A DNA stretch of 64,000 bases from contig JAAYVG010000029.1 in NCBI GenBank assembly GCA_012517285.1, forward strand, positions 2 to 64,001, written 5' to 3'. A program made the position numbers and the translations under genes. This document shows, one piece after another, positions 27,666-38,128 of the stretch. How positions within the stretch are numbered: the first letter of the stretch is position 1; each line of letters opens with the position of its first letter. The DNA comes from Elusimicrobiota bacterium (GTDB taxonomy: Bacteria > Elusimicrobiota > Elusimicrobia > Elusimicrobiales > UBA9959). Below the pieces are notes generated by a model. It was given only the letters and a program-made list of their open reading frames with translations, was not told the DNA's origin and ran no database searches.

Positions 27666-29099
27666 ATGGCTGGAGATATAAAAAAATTAGGAAAAGAGAC
27701 AATAATATATGGTATTTCAACCATTCTTGCAAGATTTTTAAACTTCATACTCCTTCCATTATACACCTATTATCTTCTGCCAGATGAATACGGCGTGGTC
27801 GCAACAGTTTTTTCAATAATAGCGTTCTTTAATGTGATATATGGACTTGGTTTAAATCAGGGATATATGAGATATTTTAAAGAGAAAAACTCCCTTTCAA
27901 TGACAGTTACATCCATATTTTTCTCATCATTTATTCTTTCATTCATTTTAATCATTCTTTCAAAACCGATATCATCAGTCTTTCAAATGAGCACATACAG
28001 TTCATTTATTATATACGCCGCAGTAATACTTTACTTTGATTCACTTTCAATAATACCACTTACTGATTTAAGGATGAAACACAGATCACTCACATTTGTT
28101 TTTATAAAGATATTTTCTATTGTCTTAAATGTTATTTTAAATGTAGTTTTTTTAAAATACCTTAAAATGGGAGGTGAGGGGATATTCATAGCAAACATAA
28201 TATCATCATTTTCACAGATATTTTTTTTATGGAAATATTTTAAATATATAAACCTTAAATTTGATATGCCAGTTTTTAAAGAAATGCTTTCATATTCACT
28301 TCCATATATTCCATCATCAATGAGTTCTGTTATAGTCCAGTTGGTTGACAGACCGATAATGATGATGCTTATATCATCCTATTATGTAGGAATATATCAG
28401 GCAAATTTTAGGTTGTCAATATTTATAAACCTTATAATCTCTATGTTTGATTTTGCATGGCGGCCGTTTGTTATGGAAAAGATGGATGCTCCTGACTCCA
28501 AACAAACATTCAGCAAAGTCTTTGAATACTTTAACTTTATCGTTCTTTTGTCATGGCTTTTTTTAAGTCTTTTTATTGAAGATATAATAAAAATTTCAAT
28601 CCATAACGTATATCTGATAAGCCCTAACTACTGGTCTGGAATTGGGATAGTTCCAATAGTTATGTTGGGATATATATTCAATGGTTTATATATAAATTTT
28701 ATGATAGGGGCTATGATAACAAAAAAAACATATTATACAATGTATGCAAATATTATATCAGCAATACTCAGCATATCATTGAACTTTCTTTTAATACCTC
28801 GTTTAGGAATTTATGGGTCAGCTCTTTCTGTTTTAATATCATATTTTTTTCTTGCAGTGTTTATGTATTTCGTAAACCAAAAGATATATCCTGTGAAATA
28901 TAATTTAAAGAAATTTTCTTCTCTTTTCATATTTACAATGATTGCTTATGGAGTTGTAAAACTTCCCTTTATTATGAACCTGTGCAATTATATTCAGATC
29001 AAAATGTTTGTCTTTATAATGTATTTTCTAATAGTTATGGCAGCAGGATATTTTTCAAAGGAAGAAATTTCATCAATTAAAAAAATCATCAGGATGTAA
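27666..29099 (+). CDS. Oligosaccharide/polysaccharide flippase (MOP/Wzx family)
   Basis: 477 aa, polytopic. N-terminus KETIIYGISTILARFLNFILLPLYT is typical of the family. Last codons and stop lie in a dispersed repeat word (ATCATCAGGATGTAAACGG). Confidence 0.8.
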   Translation: MAGDIKKLGKETIIYGISTILARFLNFILLPLYTYYLLPDEYGVVATVFSIIAFFNVIYGLGLNQGYMRYFKEKNSLSMTVTSIFFSSFILSFILIILSKPISSVFQMSTYSSFIIYAAVILYFDSLSIIPLTDLRMKHRSLTFVFIKIFSIVLNVILNVVFLKYLKMGGEGIFIANIISSFSQIFFLWKYFKYINLKFDMPVFKEMLSYSLPYIPSSMSSVIVQLVDRPIMMMLISSYYVGIYQANFRLSIFINLIISMFDFAWRPFVMEKMDAPDSKQTFSKVFEYFNFIVLLSWLFLSLFIEDIIKISIHNVYLISPNYWSGIGIVPIVMLGYIFNGLYINFMIGAMITKKTYYTMYANIISAILSISLNFLLIPRLGIYGSALSVLISYFFLAVFMYFVNQKIYPVKYNLKKFSSLFIFTMIAYGVVKLPFIMNLCNYIQIKMFVFIMYFLIVMAAGYFSKEEISSIKKIIRM

Positions 29100-29207
29100 A
29101 CGGATAAACATCAAGATGAAAACGGATCTTACCAAAAAATCGACAAAAAAGAACGAATGTCAGAAAAGCAAATTTTTTAAGAAAGCTGATTATTGTATAA
29201 TATTTTT

Positions 29208-30200
29208 ATGACAAAGATTAACATATCAGTTATAGGAGCAGGAACATGGGGAACAGCAATGGCAAAACTCCTTGCTGGAAAAGGACATAATGTTAACATA
29301 TGGGCAAGGGAGGATGAGGTCGTTAAAGATATAAATCAACATAACGAAAACAAACTATTCTTACAAGGGGTTAAACTTCCTAAAAATTTAAAGGCGTACT
29401 CTGATATAAATGACTGCATAAATAATTCAACTATTATAATAAACGCAGTACCTACACAGTTTATAAGGGATACATTTTCCAAAATAAATAAAAAAATTAA
29501 GACTGACTATATACTCAGTCTTTCAAAGGGTATTGAGGTTAACACATTTGAAAGGCCTTCTGAAATTTTAAAGGATGTATTAAAAAAGGATGTATATGTT
29601 TTATCAGGTCCTAACTTTGCAACAGAGATAGCATCCCAAAAACCAGCCGCAACAACAATTGCTGGACGGGATAAAAGAGTAAGGAAATATCTTCAACAGA
29701 TTATAAACACTCAATATTTCAGGGTATATGAAAACGATGATATAATAGGTATAGAGATATCAGGTGCTTTAAAAAATGTTATGGCAATAGCTGCGGGAAT
29801 GGCTGATGCTATAGGGCTTGGCAACAACGCAAAGGCAGCACTCATAACAAGAGGACTGAACGAAATAAGGAAGTTGGGTAAAAAAATGGGGGCAAAGGAT
29901 ATAACATTTTTAGGATTAAGCGGTATAGGTGATCTACTTTTAACCTGTAACTCAAATATATCAAGAAATTACACTGTCGGATACAGAATTGGAAAAGGGG
30001 AAAAGATAAAGGATATAATAACCAGTATGAATCATATTGCAGAGGGTATAAAAACAAGCTATGCAGTATATAAATTTTCAAAAAAGGTTGATGTTGATAT
30101 GCCAATAACAAAGGAAGTTTATTCAGTTTTATACAAAGACAAAAATCCTAAGGATGCGGCTACATCGCTTATGTCAAGAAGCCTTAAGCCCGAGTTTTAA
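29208..30200 (+). CDS. gpsA: NAD(P)H-dependent glycerol-3-phosphate dehydrogenase
   Basis: ISVIGAGTWGTA, GALKNV and conserved C-terminal domain. ATG at 29208. Confidence 0.9.
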   Translation: MTKINISVIGAGTWGTAMAKLLAGKGHNVNIWAREDEVVKDINQHNENKLFLQGVKLPKNLKAYSDINDCINNSTIIINAVPTQFIRDTFSKINKKIKTDYILSLSKGIEVNTFERPSEILKDVLKKDVYVLSGPNFATEIASQKPAATTIAGRDKRVRKYLQQIINTQYFRVYENDDIIGIEISGALKNVMAIAAGMADAIGLGNNAKAALITRGLNEIRKLGKKMGAKDITFLGLSGIGDLLLTCNSNISRNYTVGYRIGKGEKIKDIITSMNHIAEGIKTSYAVYKFSKKVDVDMPITKEVYSVLYKDKNPKDAATSLMSRSLKPEF

Positions 30201-30490
30201 TACCGTTCTTTTTCAATGAGTGATTTCTTTTTTGTTATTCCACCAGAAGCACTATAACCACCTAATTTACCATCACTTCGTATAACCCTGTGGCAGGGAA
30301 CTATTGGGGCAAATGGATTTTTTTTAAGTGCAAGTCCAACAGCTCTAAAAGCCTTTGGGCTTCCAATTTTTTCTGCAACCCATTTATAACTTCTCACCTC
30401 ACCAGAAGGAATTTTCATAACACACTTCCAAACCTTCTGATAAAAAAGTGGATATTTCTTCATCTCTATTAAAACATCCTTTTCCGTCAT
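30197..30490 (-). CDS. ogt: Methylated-DNA--protein-cysteine methyltransferase-family protein (DNA-binding/active-site domain only)
   Basis: 97 aa with PCHRV active-site motif. Lacks the N-terminal domain. Confidence 0.8.
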   Translation of the reverse strand: MTEKDVLIEMKKYPLFYQKVWKCVMKIPSGEVRSYKWVAEKIGSPKAFRAVGLALKKNPFAPIVPCHRVIRSDGKLGGYSASGGITKKKSLIEKERY

Positions 30491-31788
30491 ATCAAAAAAT
30501 CCTTGCTTCTTATCTTTCTATGATATGTTATTGCAAACCTGTGTGTCTCATCCCTCACTGACATAAGAAATAATAGTTCCTTTGAATCCCTTGGAAGAAC
30601 AAATGGAGTTGATGATTTCAATGTGTATATCTCCTCGTTCTCCTTTGCAAGCGATATGAGTTCTATATCAGCATTTTCTTCCTTTCTCGCCTTTTCTGCC
30701 ATAGCTAACTGTCCCTTTCCACCGTCTATCAAAAACAGATCTGCAAGCTCATTGCTTTCCTTTGCGGCTCTTATTCTTCTTTTAACTATCTCATATATCA
30801 TCTGATAATCATTGCCACCACCCTTTTGAGGGATATATTTTATCCTGAAGTGTCTGTAATGTTGATGATTTTTTTGTCCGTTTACAAAGCATACACAACT
30901 TCCAACAGCCCATCTGTTTAAAAGATTTGATATATCAAATGATTCTATATGGTAAGGAATTTTTTTAAGCCCTAATATGTTTTTTAAACTAAGAAGAGTT
31001 TCAGTAAAATCAAGCTTTGATTTTATTTGGTCTAAATTTGTTTCATTAACACTAACTCTCTCATATATATGTTCTATTGCCTTTATAAAATCACGGTATT
31101 TGATTGCATTTTCATAATCAAGTTTTTCTGAGCTTTCAATCATCTTTATATTAAAATCATCTATAAGCTTGCTATGCTTTCCCTTAAAAAAATCAGAAGC
31201 AATTTTTACATATCTCATATAATCCTTCTGTGATATCCTTTTACTATCACATGGGGCAGGGCACTGACCAGTGTGGTAATAAAGACACTTTTCTCTTTTA
31301 TTAATTGAGAGAGGATTTTTGAGTGAAAAATTAAACTTACACCTTCTTAGGTTTATAAGCCTTATCTCAAAAAGTTTTTCAATAAGATTTTTTACGACCT
31401 CAACCTTTGGATAAGGACCAAAGTAATTTCCATTAAGTCCTTTTTTTCTTGTGATTATAAGACGAGGGAATGCTTCCTTTGTTATAACGACATATGGATA
31501 TGTCTTTGAATCCTTCCATATAGTATTGAAAAATGGCTTGAACTCAGATATAAGCCTTCTTTCAACAATCAATGCCTCTCGTTCACTGTCACAGATTATA
31601 AAATCTATCTTTGATGCAAAAAGTTTTATATTTGATGTTTTAAATGCTAACTCAGCTTGTTTTGTAAAGTATGAGCTGACCCTGTTCTTTAAGTCCTTAG
31701 CCTTTCCAATATAAATTATTTTATCAAACCTATCCTTTATTATATAGACCCCTGGGAGATGGGGGATTTTTTCCAGAGAAACACTCAT
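30487..31788 (-). CDS. uvrC: UvrC-like excinuclease lacking the C-terminal (HhH)2 domain
   Basis: GIY-YIG (GVYIIKD..IYIGKAKDLKNRVSSYF), UVR-like middle, IESFDISN, LIDGGKGQL and DETHRFAITYHR. The ORF ends directly after this, at 433 aa. Confidence 0.8.
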   Translation of the reverse strand: MSVSLEKIPHLPGVYIIKDRFDKIIYIGKAKDLKNRVSSYFTKQAELAFKTSNIKLFASKIDFIICDSEREALIVERRLISEFKPFFNTIWKDSKTYPYVVITKEAFPRLIITRKKGLNGNYFGPYPKVEVVKNLIEKLFEIRLINLRRCKFNFSLKNPLSINKREKCLYYHTGQCPAPCDSKRISQKDYMRYVKIASDFFKGKHSKLIDDFNIKMIESSEKLDYENAIKYRDFIKAIEHIYERVSVNETNLDQIKSKLDFTETLLSLKNILGLKKIPYHIESFDISNLLNRWAVGSCVCFVNGQKNHQHYRHFRIKYIPQKGGGNDYQMIYEIVKRRIRAAKESNELADLFLIDGGKGQLAMAEKARKEENADIELISLAKENEEIYTLKSSTPFVLPRDSKELLFLMSVRDETHRFAITYHRKIRSKDFLI

Positions 31789-32462
31789 ATAAAAAGATTT
31801 GCTACGGTTGAAGAATCTATCAAATAATATTTTGGTGTTGTGATATTAGATACCGGAAGTTTAAGCTTACCTGTAAAAACTGCTCTTAATGTGTTTTCCT
31901 TTTCTTTTCCACTCACAATAAAAACAGTAAATCTTGAGGAATTGAGTGCAGAATAGTTAAGTGTTATTCTGTTGCGCGTTTTATAGTTTATAGCATTTGT
32001 CCTTATTACGTAATCAGTGCTATCATATTCATTTCTAAAAAGTGAAGCAATATGTCCATCATAACCAACACCTAAAAATGATATATCAAATCTTTTATAT
32101 TTCTCAAGGAACTCTTTAACCTCGCTATTATAAAGTGATAATGCATCCTCTTTTTCTACCAATATTCTTTTGAAGTTATAACTTTTTTTATTTTTAAAAA
32201 GTCTTTCAGAAATTGAAACATAGTTGAGTTCTGATATATCATCAGTAACCCTTTCATCAGATATAAAAAATATAATCTTTGAGAAATCAATCTTAGTGTC
32301 AGCTGAAAGCTTATCATAAAACACGAGAGGGCTTTTTCCACCTGCTATTATGACCGACAGAAAGCCTTTTTCTTCCAAGGCTTTGTTATATGCCATTTTA
32401 AAAAACTTCAATGCCTCATCTGATATGATACTCATATCAGCATAGCTTAAATGTATATCCAT
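31785..32462 (-). CDS. pgl: 6-phosphogluconolactonase
   Basis: AGGKSP motif and DERV. Position between zwf and uvrC. Start could be 32435 instead. Confidence 0.8.
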   Translation of the reverse strand: MDIHLSYADMSIISDEALKFFKMAYNKALEEKGFLSVIIAGGKSPLVFYDKLSADTKIDFSKIIFFISDERVTDDISELNYVSISERLFKNKKSYNFKRILVEKEDALSLYNSEVKEFLEKYKRFDISFLGVGYDGHIASLFRNEYDSTDYVIRTNAINYKTRNRITLNYSALNSSRFTVFIVSGKEKENTLRAVFTGKLKLPVSNITTPKYYLIDSSTVANLFI

Positions 32463-33910
32463 TTTTTCCCATCCTTTTTTATTAAATTATCAGCACTCTC
32501 AATAACTTCACCCGGCTTGTAGAATTCAAGCCTTGAACCATCTTTTATAAATATTTCATCTATCCTCTTTATGTATCGCCACATACAACTCATCTCATCA
32601 GAGCTTAAAAAAAGTGTCTTATCACCGTTAACTGCATCAATTATAAGTCTTTCATAATCCGATATGATTAAATTGCTACTGCCGAAATCTTTTTTGAGTT
32701 CAGTGCTTTCAACACAAAACTTTGCTCCGGCAGATTTGGCATTGAAAGAAAATTTTATTCCGACATCAGGCTGAATAACAAATGTAAGAACGTTTGGCTC
32801 ATCTATAAAATATTTTTTTGAAAAATCATTATCACTTTTTTTATATACAACATCAATCCTTGTAAGCTTTTCCTTCATCCTTTTACCAAACTTTATATAA
32901 AACGGAACACCTTTTAGATAATCCATCTTTGTTTCAAGTCTGAAAGCCACAAATGTTTCTGTGAATGAGTTTGGTGAAACATTTTTTATTTCCTTGTAAC
33001 CCTTGATATTCTCAGCTGCAAGATACTGAGCCTTAACATAATTTTTTGATATAAAATCATTATCCGGAATTATAATATTTTTAAAAAATTCCAACTTTGA
33101 ACTTTTTATTTCACCTGCTCTCATATCAGATGGAGGGGGAATAACAAGGAAAGAGAGCATCTCAAGCACATGTGTTATCATATCCTTGAAAGCACCTATC
33201 CCCTCATAATATTTTCCTCTGTCATCAACTCCTTCATTTTCATAAACAGTCACTTGAATATTATCAATAAATTTATTATTAAATGTTGAATAAAACAAGT
33301 AATTTAAGGCCTTTACTATCAGTATGTTTAAAACGCCTTCCTTGCCAAGATAATGGTCTATCCTGTATATATTATCCTCAATATCAAGCTTTTTTATAAA
33401 TCTGTTCAAAAGCGTTGCTGAACAAAAGTTCTCTCCATATGGTTTTTCAATTATTATTTTGTTTTTCCCATCCTTTAAATCTGTTGAGCTGTTGATATTT
33501 GATATCGTCTGTTTTATTGATGATGGCGGTATGGCAAGATAAAAGATTCTGTTTTTAACATTCTGTTCATACTTTTTTTCAAGTTCTGAAATTCTTGAGA
33601 CAAGCCTTTTATAAGATTCCTGATCAGAATAATCAAGTTTAAAATAATAATTCCGCTGGAGAAATGAATCAGACTCACTCACCCCTTCTGTTTTCAATAC
33701 CTCTGAAACATATTTTCTAAAGCTCTCATCATCATAATCCCTGCTTGCAACATTTATGACAAAAAAATTCTCCCTTATATACTCCTTTGAGAACAGATCA
33801 AAGAGTGCTTTTATAATCTTTTTTTTAGCAAGATCCCCAGTTGAACCAAAAAGGCAGAACGCAACACCATTTGAAAAAAGTTCAAAACACATTCCTTTTT
33901 TTTCGTTCAT
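32447..33910 (-). CDS. zwf: Glucose-6-phosphate dehydrogenase
   Basis: FGSTGDLAKKK dinucleotide motif, RIDHYLGKE active-site motif. Confidence 0.9.
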   Translation of the reverse strand: MNEKKGMCFELFSNGVAFCLFGSTGDLAKKKIIKALFDLFSKEYIRENFFVINVASRDYDDESFRKYVSEVLKTEGVSESDSFLQRNYYFKLDYSDQESYKRLVSRISELEKKYEQNVKNRIFYLAIPPSSIKQTISNINSSTDLKDGKNKIIIEKPYGENFCSATLLNRFIKKLDIEDNIYRIDHYLGKEGVLNILIVKALNYLFYSTFNNKFIDNIQVTVYENEGVDDRGKYYEGIGAFKDMITHVLEMLSFLVIPPPSDMRAGEIKSSKLEFFKNIIIPDNDFISKNYVKAQYLAAENIKGYKEIKNVSPNSFTETFVAFRLETKMDYLKGVPFYIKFGKRMKEKLTRIDVVYKKSDNDFSKKYFIDEPNVLTFVIQPDVGIKFSFNAKSAGAKFCVESTELKKDFGSSNLIISDYERLIIDAVNGDKTLFLSSDEMSCMWRYIKRIDEIFIKDGSRLEFYKPGEVIESADNLIKKDGKKWIYI

Positions 33911-34806
33911 TTTTTAACCACCTTATGCCCGCCAAATTTATTTCTAAGTGCCGCAATAAGCTTTTCTGAGAATGGCTCGCTCATCCTTGATCTGAATCGC
34001 CTAAATGCTGCATCGGTTATTGTCTCAGCAGGTATCGCCTTTAGAAGAGCATATTCTATGCTCCATCTTCCCTCACCAGAATCATCTATGTAAGCCTTTA
34101 TATTGTTGAGATTATCATCCTCTTTTAATATATCATATACAAGTTCAAGCAACCAGCTCCTTATTATGCTTCCCCTGTTGAAAAGCCCTGCTATCTTATA
34201 TGTTGGAGTTTTTAAACCATCAAACGATTTAATCAGTTCAAATCCCTCAGCATAAGCCTGCATAATAGCATACTCAATGCCGTTGTGGATCATCTTAACA
34301 AAATGCCCCGAGCCAGAATCACCGCAGTAAAGATAAGCATCCTTCTGGGCTATGGCTTTGAGATATTTTTCTATCAATGAAAAACCCTTCTTATCACCAC
34401 CAACCATAACACAGTATCCATCCCTTTCACCATAAAGCCCACCGCTGACCCCTGCATCGACAAAATATATCCCTTTCTTTGAAACCATATCAGCTCTTTT
34501 TATTGAATCACTCCACTTTGAATTTCCACCATCTATCAAAACATCACCCTTACTGAGTATTTCTATTGATTTATTGACATAATCCTCAGTAACTTTTCCA
34601 CTCGGTAGCATAAGCCATACAACCCTTCTCCCTTCAGTTTTAAAATCACTGAAATTTTTTAACGCCCTCCCTTTCTTGCCAGCAACCTCTTTAGCCTTTG
34701 AGTAATCAATATCAAAGATATATGGTCTAAAGCCAGCTTTCATCAGCCTTCTTGATATTCCACCACCCATCCTTCCAGCACCAACAACAAGTATATTTTC
34801 AACCAT
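33907..34806 (-). CDS. gnd: 6-phosphogluconate dehydrogenase (decarboxylating), short ~300-aa form
   Basis: GAGRMGGG Rossmann N-terminus, GSGHFVKMIHNGIEY motif. Confidence 0.85.
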   Translation of the reverse strand: MVENILVVGAGRMGGGISRRLMKAGFRPYIFDIDYSKAKEVAGKKGRALKNFSDFKTEGRRVVWLMLPSGKVTEDYVNKSIEILSKGDVLIDGGNSKWSDSIKRADMVSKKGIYFVDAGVSGGLYGERDGYCVMVGGDKKGFSLIEKYLKAIAQKDAYLYCGDSGSGHFVKMIHNGIEYAIMQAYAEGFELIKSFDGLKTPTYKIAGLFNRGSIIRSWLLELVYDILKEDDNLNNIKAYIDDSGEGRWSIEYALLKAIPAETITDAAFRRFRSRMSEPFSEKLIAALRNKFGGHKVVKK

Positions 34807-36748
34807 TTATAATCTCCTTTATTTTTGACTTTATATCAGCTACCGTAAGCCCAAACTTTTTATATACATCCTTTTCATTTCCAGAGTATCCAAAGTTATC
34901 AACCCCAAAGGAATAAACCCTGTCCCCTATTATATCACTCCAGCCACAAGTCCTTCCTGCCTCTATAACAAACTTCTTAACATTCAGGGGAAAAATCTTT
35001 CTTATATAATTTTCACCGTTTTCCTTCATCATCTCAACCGAAGGCAGTGAAACAACATTGGCTTTTATGTTTTCATTTAAAAGCTCTTTTGATACAGATA
35101 TTGCTAAATCAACCTCTGATCCAGTTGCAGCTATAATCATATCAGGTGAGCCGTGCTCTATGACATTATAAGCCCCATATGAAAAGTTTTTAACTGTTAT
35201 ATCCTTATACTCAACAAGCGGACTGACCTTCTGCCTTGTCAAAATAAGTGCAACGGGTTTCTTTGATTTAAGAGCAAATTTAAAAGCCATAAGCGTTTCA
35301 TAAAAACCAGCAGGCCTTATGACATAAAGATTAGGTATGAGTCTCAATGACATAATATGTTCCACAGGTTCGTGCGTTGGCCCATCCTCTCCAACAGCAA
35401 TGCTGTCGTGAGTAAATATAAAAACAGGCGATATATTCATAAGTGCAGCAAGTCTTATTGATGGCCTCATATAATCTGAAAAAACAAGAAATGTTGAACA
35501 GAATGGTTTTATCATACCGTAAAGCGATACGCCGTTAACAAAAGCACCCATAGCATGCTCTCTTATTCCAAAGTGTATGTTCTTTTTTTCGTCTGAAACT
35601 ATATTTGTCTTTGTTGAAGGTGCAAGGTCAGCTGAACCACTCACAATATTTTCAACACTTTTTGAAAGCTCATTGATAATTATGTGTGAATACTCCCTTG
35701 TTGCAAGTGGTTTTAGATCTTTTAAATCTATATCACCGATATCAAACCTTCCCTCTAACCACCTGATCATCCTTTCATAATCAGAAGGATAACTGCTCCT
35801 GTAATAATCAAGCCTTTTATCATAATCCTTTCTCTGCTTTTTCTTTTCCTCAACAACAGTCATAAAATTTTTTCTTATATCATCAGGAACATAAAACCTT
35901 TCCTTATATTCCCAGCCAAGGCTCTTCCTTGTCTCATCAACCTCCTCATCAGAAAGCGGTTCACCATGAACCTTGTTAGAACCTTCCTTTGGGCTCTTAT
36001 AACCTATTTTAGTCTTTACTATAACAAAGCTTGGCCTTTCATTTTGAGCAAGAGCTGAATCAAGCCCTTTCCTTATCTTATCTATATCAAAACCATCATC
36101 AACAGAAATAACATTCCATCCAAATGCCTTAAACCTCATACCCACATCCTCGCTGAAGGCTAAATCGGTTTTACCCTCTATTGTAATATTATTAGAATCA
36201 TAAACAAGAACAAGATTACCAAGCCCTAAATGACCTGCAAGCGAGCCTGCCTCATACGATATACCCTCCATCATATCGCCATCACCGCAGAGTGCAAAAA
36301 TCCTTCCGTTAAAAACACTGCAATCACTCTTATTAAAATTTTTGGCTAAATATCTCTCTGCCCAAGCCATACCAACAGCCATACCAATCCCCTGTCCCAA
36401 TGGCCCGGTTGTTGCCTCAACACCTGATGTATGACCATACTCAGGATGGCCGGGGGTAATCGAACCTATTTTTCTGAAAGCCTTCAACTCCTCTATCTTT
36501 AGATCATAACCAAAGAGATGAAGCGTTGAATAAAGCATAGCAGATGCATGGCCACTTGAAAGCACAAATCTATCCCTAAAAATCCATTTAGGATCGGATG
36601 GGTCAAACCTCAGATAATACTTGAAAATAGTATAAATAATGGTTGAAGCACCCAGTGGCATACCTGGATGACCGCTTTTAGCATTTGTAACAGCATCAAT
36701 TGAAAGAACCCTTATAGCGTCGGCAGATTTTAAATCAATATCCGTCAT
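34799..36748 (-). CDS. tkt: Transketolase
   Basis: SGHPGMPLG, GDGDMMEG ThDP motif, full three-domain length (649 aa). Confidence 0.9.
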   Translation of the reverse strand: MTDIDLKSADAIRVLSIDAVTNAKSGHPGMPLGASTIIYTIFKYYLRFDPSDPKWIFRDRFVLSSGHASAMLYSTLHLFGYDLKIEELKAFRKIGSITPGHPEYGHTSGVEATTGPLGQGIGMAVGMAWAERYLAKNFNKSDCSVFNGRIFALCGDGDMMEGISYEAGSLAGHLGLGNLVLVYDSNNITIEGKTDLAFSEDVGMRFKAFGWNVISVDDGFDIDKIRKGLDSALAQNERPSFVIVKTKIGYKSPKEGSNKVHGEPLSDEEVDETRKSLGWEYKERFYVPDDIRKNFMTVVEEKKKQRKDYDKRLDYYRSSYPSDYERMIRWLEGRFDIGDIDLKDLKPLATREYSHIIINELSKSVENIVSGSADLAPSTKTNIVSDEKKNIHFGIREHAMGAFVNGVSLYGMIKPFCSTFLVFSDYMRPSIRLAALMNISPVFIFTHDSIAVGEDGPTHEPVEHIMSLRLIPNLYVIRPAGFYETLMAFKFALKSKKPVALILTRQKVSPLVEYKDITVKNFSYGAYNVIEHGSPDMIIAATGSEVDLAISVSKELLNENIKANVVSLPSVEMMKENGENYIRKIFPLNVKKFVIEAGRTCGWSDIIGDRVYSFGVDNFGYSGNEKDVYKKFGLTVADIKSKIKEIING

Positions 36749-37293
36749 AGACCTCTCCTTATAAAATTAAAATAATAGAGGATAGCTATTATCGTTTTAG
36801 CATCCTTTATAACACCGCTTTTAATCATATCAATCGCCTTTGTTGACTTAATCTTTATTACATTTAAAAACTCATCCTCGTCAGGATGACTCTTACCTTC
36901 AACAAGCCCTGTGGCTAAATAAATCTTTAGAAGCTCATTTGAAAACGTTGGTGTTGGCCAGAAATCAATCATATGTCTTATACTTTTCGCTTTATAACCT
37001 GTCTCTTCTTCTAACTCAGCCTTTGCCCTTTTCAAAAAGTTATCTCCCTTATAGTTAAGCTTTCCAGCAGGAATCTCATAAGTAACCTCTTTTACTGGAT
37101 ACCTATACTGTCTTACGAAAATAAAATTTTCTTCGTCATCAACAGCAAGCAATGCCACAGCACCATGGTGATCAATAAACTCCCTTGTTGCTTTTTTACA
37201 GTTTGGCAATACAATTGTATCCACTCTAAAAGATATCGCCTTGCCCTTGTATATAGTCTTTTCTTTATACTTTTTTTCAATTAAATTATTCAT
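36745..37293 (-). CDS. NUDIX hydrolase, ADP-ribose pyrophosphatase-like
   Basis: Nudix box GKL....AKAELEEETGY. First gene of the overlapped minus-strand operon. Confidence 0.8.
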   Translation of the reverse strand: MNNLIEKKYKEKTIYKGKAISFRVDTIVLPNCKKATREFIDHHGAVALLAVDDEENFIFVRQYRYPVKEVTYEIPAGKLNYKGDNFLKRAKAELEEETGYKAKSIRHMIDFWPTPTFSNELLKIYLATGLVEGKSHPDEDEFLNVIKIKSTKAIDMIKSGVIKDAKTIIAILYYFNFIRRGL

Positions 37294-37337
37294 ATAAATC
37301 TATTTTATCACATTTGAAAAGACTTATCAGAAAAAAA

Positions 37338-37380
37338 TCCTCCGGATAGTCAATATCAAATTTTGTTATAATCTTATTAT
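37338..37380 (+). promoter_or_regulatory. 43-bp direct repeat copy 1, containing an extended -10 promoter (TGTTATAAT)
   Basis: TCCTCCGGATAGTCAATATCAAATTTTGTTATAATCTTATTAT is identical at 38129-38171. Lies 33 nt upstream of the DUF3800 ATG. Confidence 0.6.
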
Positions 37381-37412
37381 TAATATTATATAGATAATAA
37401 AGAGTATTTAAT

Positions 37413-38042
37413 ATGTTAGCTTTTATAGATGAATCAGGAGATACTGGAAGAAAGATAGACAATGGTTCAAGCCGTTACTTTATAGTATCGCTTATTATTT
37501 TTGAAAACAATAATGTTGCAATAAAATGTGATAACAGTATAAACCAATTACGGAAGGAACTAAAACTTAATCAGAATTTTGAATTTCATTTTTCCACCAA
37601 CTCTCATAATATTCGAATAAAATTTTTAAATATCATAAAACAATATGATTTTATATATTTTTCTGTTGTAATAAACAAATCTTTAGATAAATTATGGGGA
37701 GAAGGATTTAACTCTAAAGAATCATTTTATAAATACACCTGTCATATGGTTTTTAATAATGCAATAAAATACCTTAAAGATGCAATTATAATTTTAGACA
37801 GATCTGGAACTCCTGATTTCAGAAATAGACTTTCATCATACATAAAGAGAAAAATTAATACGGAAAAAAATAATTATATAAAAAAGATAAAGCAACAAAA
37901 ATCTAATTCAAACAATTTGCTTCAATTAGCAGATTACATATCTGGAATAATAAATAGAAAAGTCCAGAACAAATCAGACTGGCAATGTTACTATGAATTT
38001 ATCAAAGCAAAAGAAAGGAACATTCAGATATGGCCTAAATAG
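37413..38042 (+). CDS. DUF3800 family protein
   Basis: N-terminal AFIDESGDTG motif and ~210-aa size, typical of DUF3800. Family function is unknown. Confidence 0.75.
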   Translation: MLAFIDESGDTGRKIDNGSSRYFIVSLIIFENNNVAIKCDNSINQLRKELKLNQNFEFHFSTNSHNIRIKFLNIIKQYDFIYFSVVINKSLDKLWGEGFNSKESFYKYTCHMVFNNAIKYLKDAIIILDRSGTPDFRNRLSSYIKRKINTEKNNYIKKIKQQKSNSNNLLQLADYISGIINRKVQNKSDWQCYYEFIKAKERNIQIWPK

Positions 38043-38043
38043 A

Positions 38044-38103
38044 AACGCCACCTCTTACCCTTTTAGGGACGCTTAGATAAACTAAACTATTTGAGGTGGC
38101 GTT
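38044..38103 (+). other. Long hairpin after the DUF3800 gene (AACGCCACCTC ... GAGGTGGCGTT)
   Basis: 11-bp perfect arms with a 38-nt loop that holds a small CCCT/AGGG hairpin. Possible terminator or cassette end. Confidence 0.45.
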
Positions 38104-38128
38104 ATATCCAAATACATTTTAGCAGAAA

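Noticed and set aside
38044-38128. Integron attC site at the end of the DUF3800 cassette
   Set aside because: The hairpin arms do not carry the RYYYAAC / GTTRRRY core sites (the right end reads GTTATAT, the left end AGAAAC). No intI gene or attI is present.
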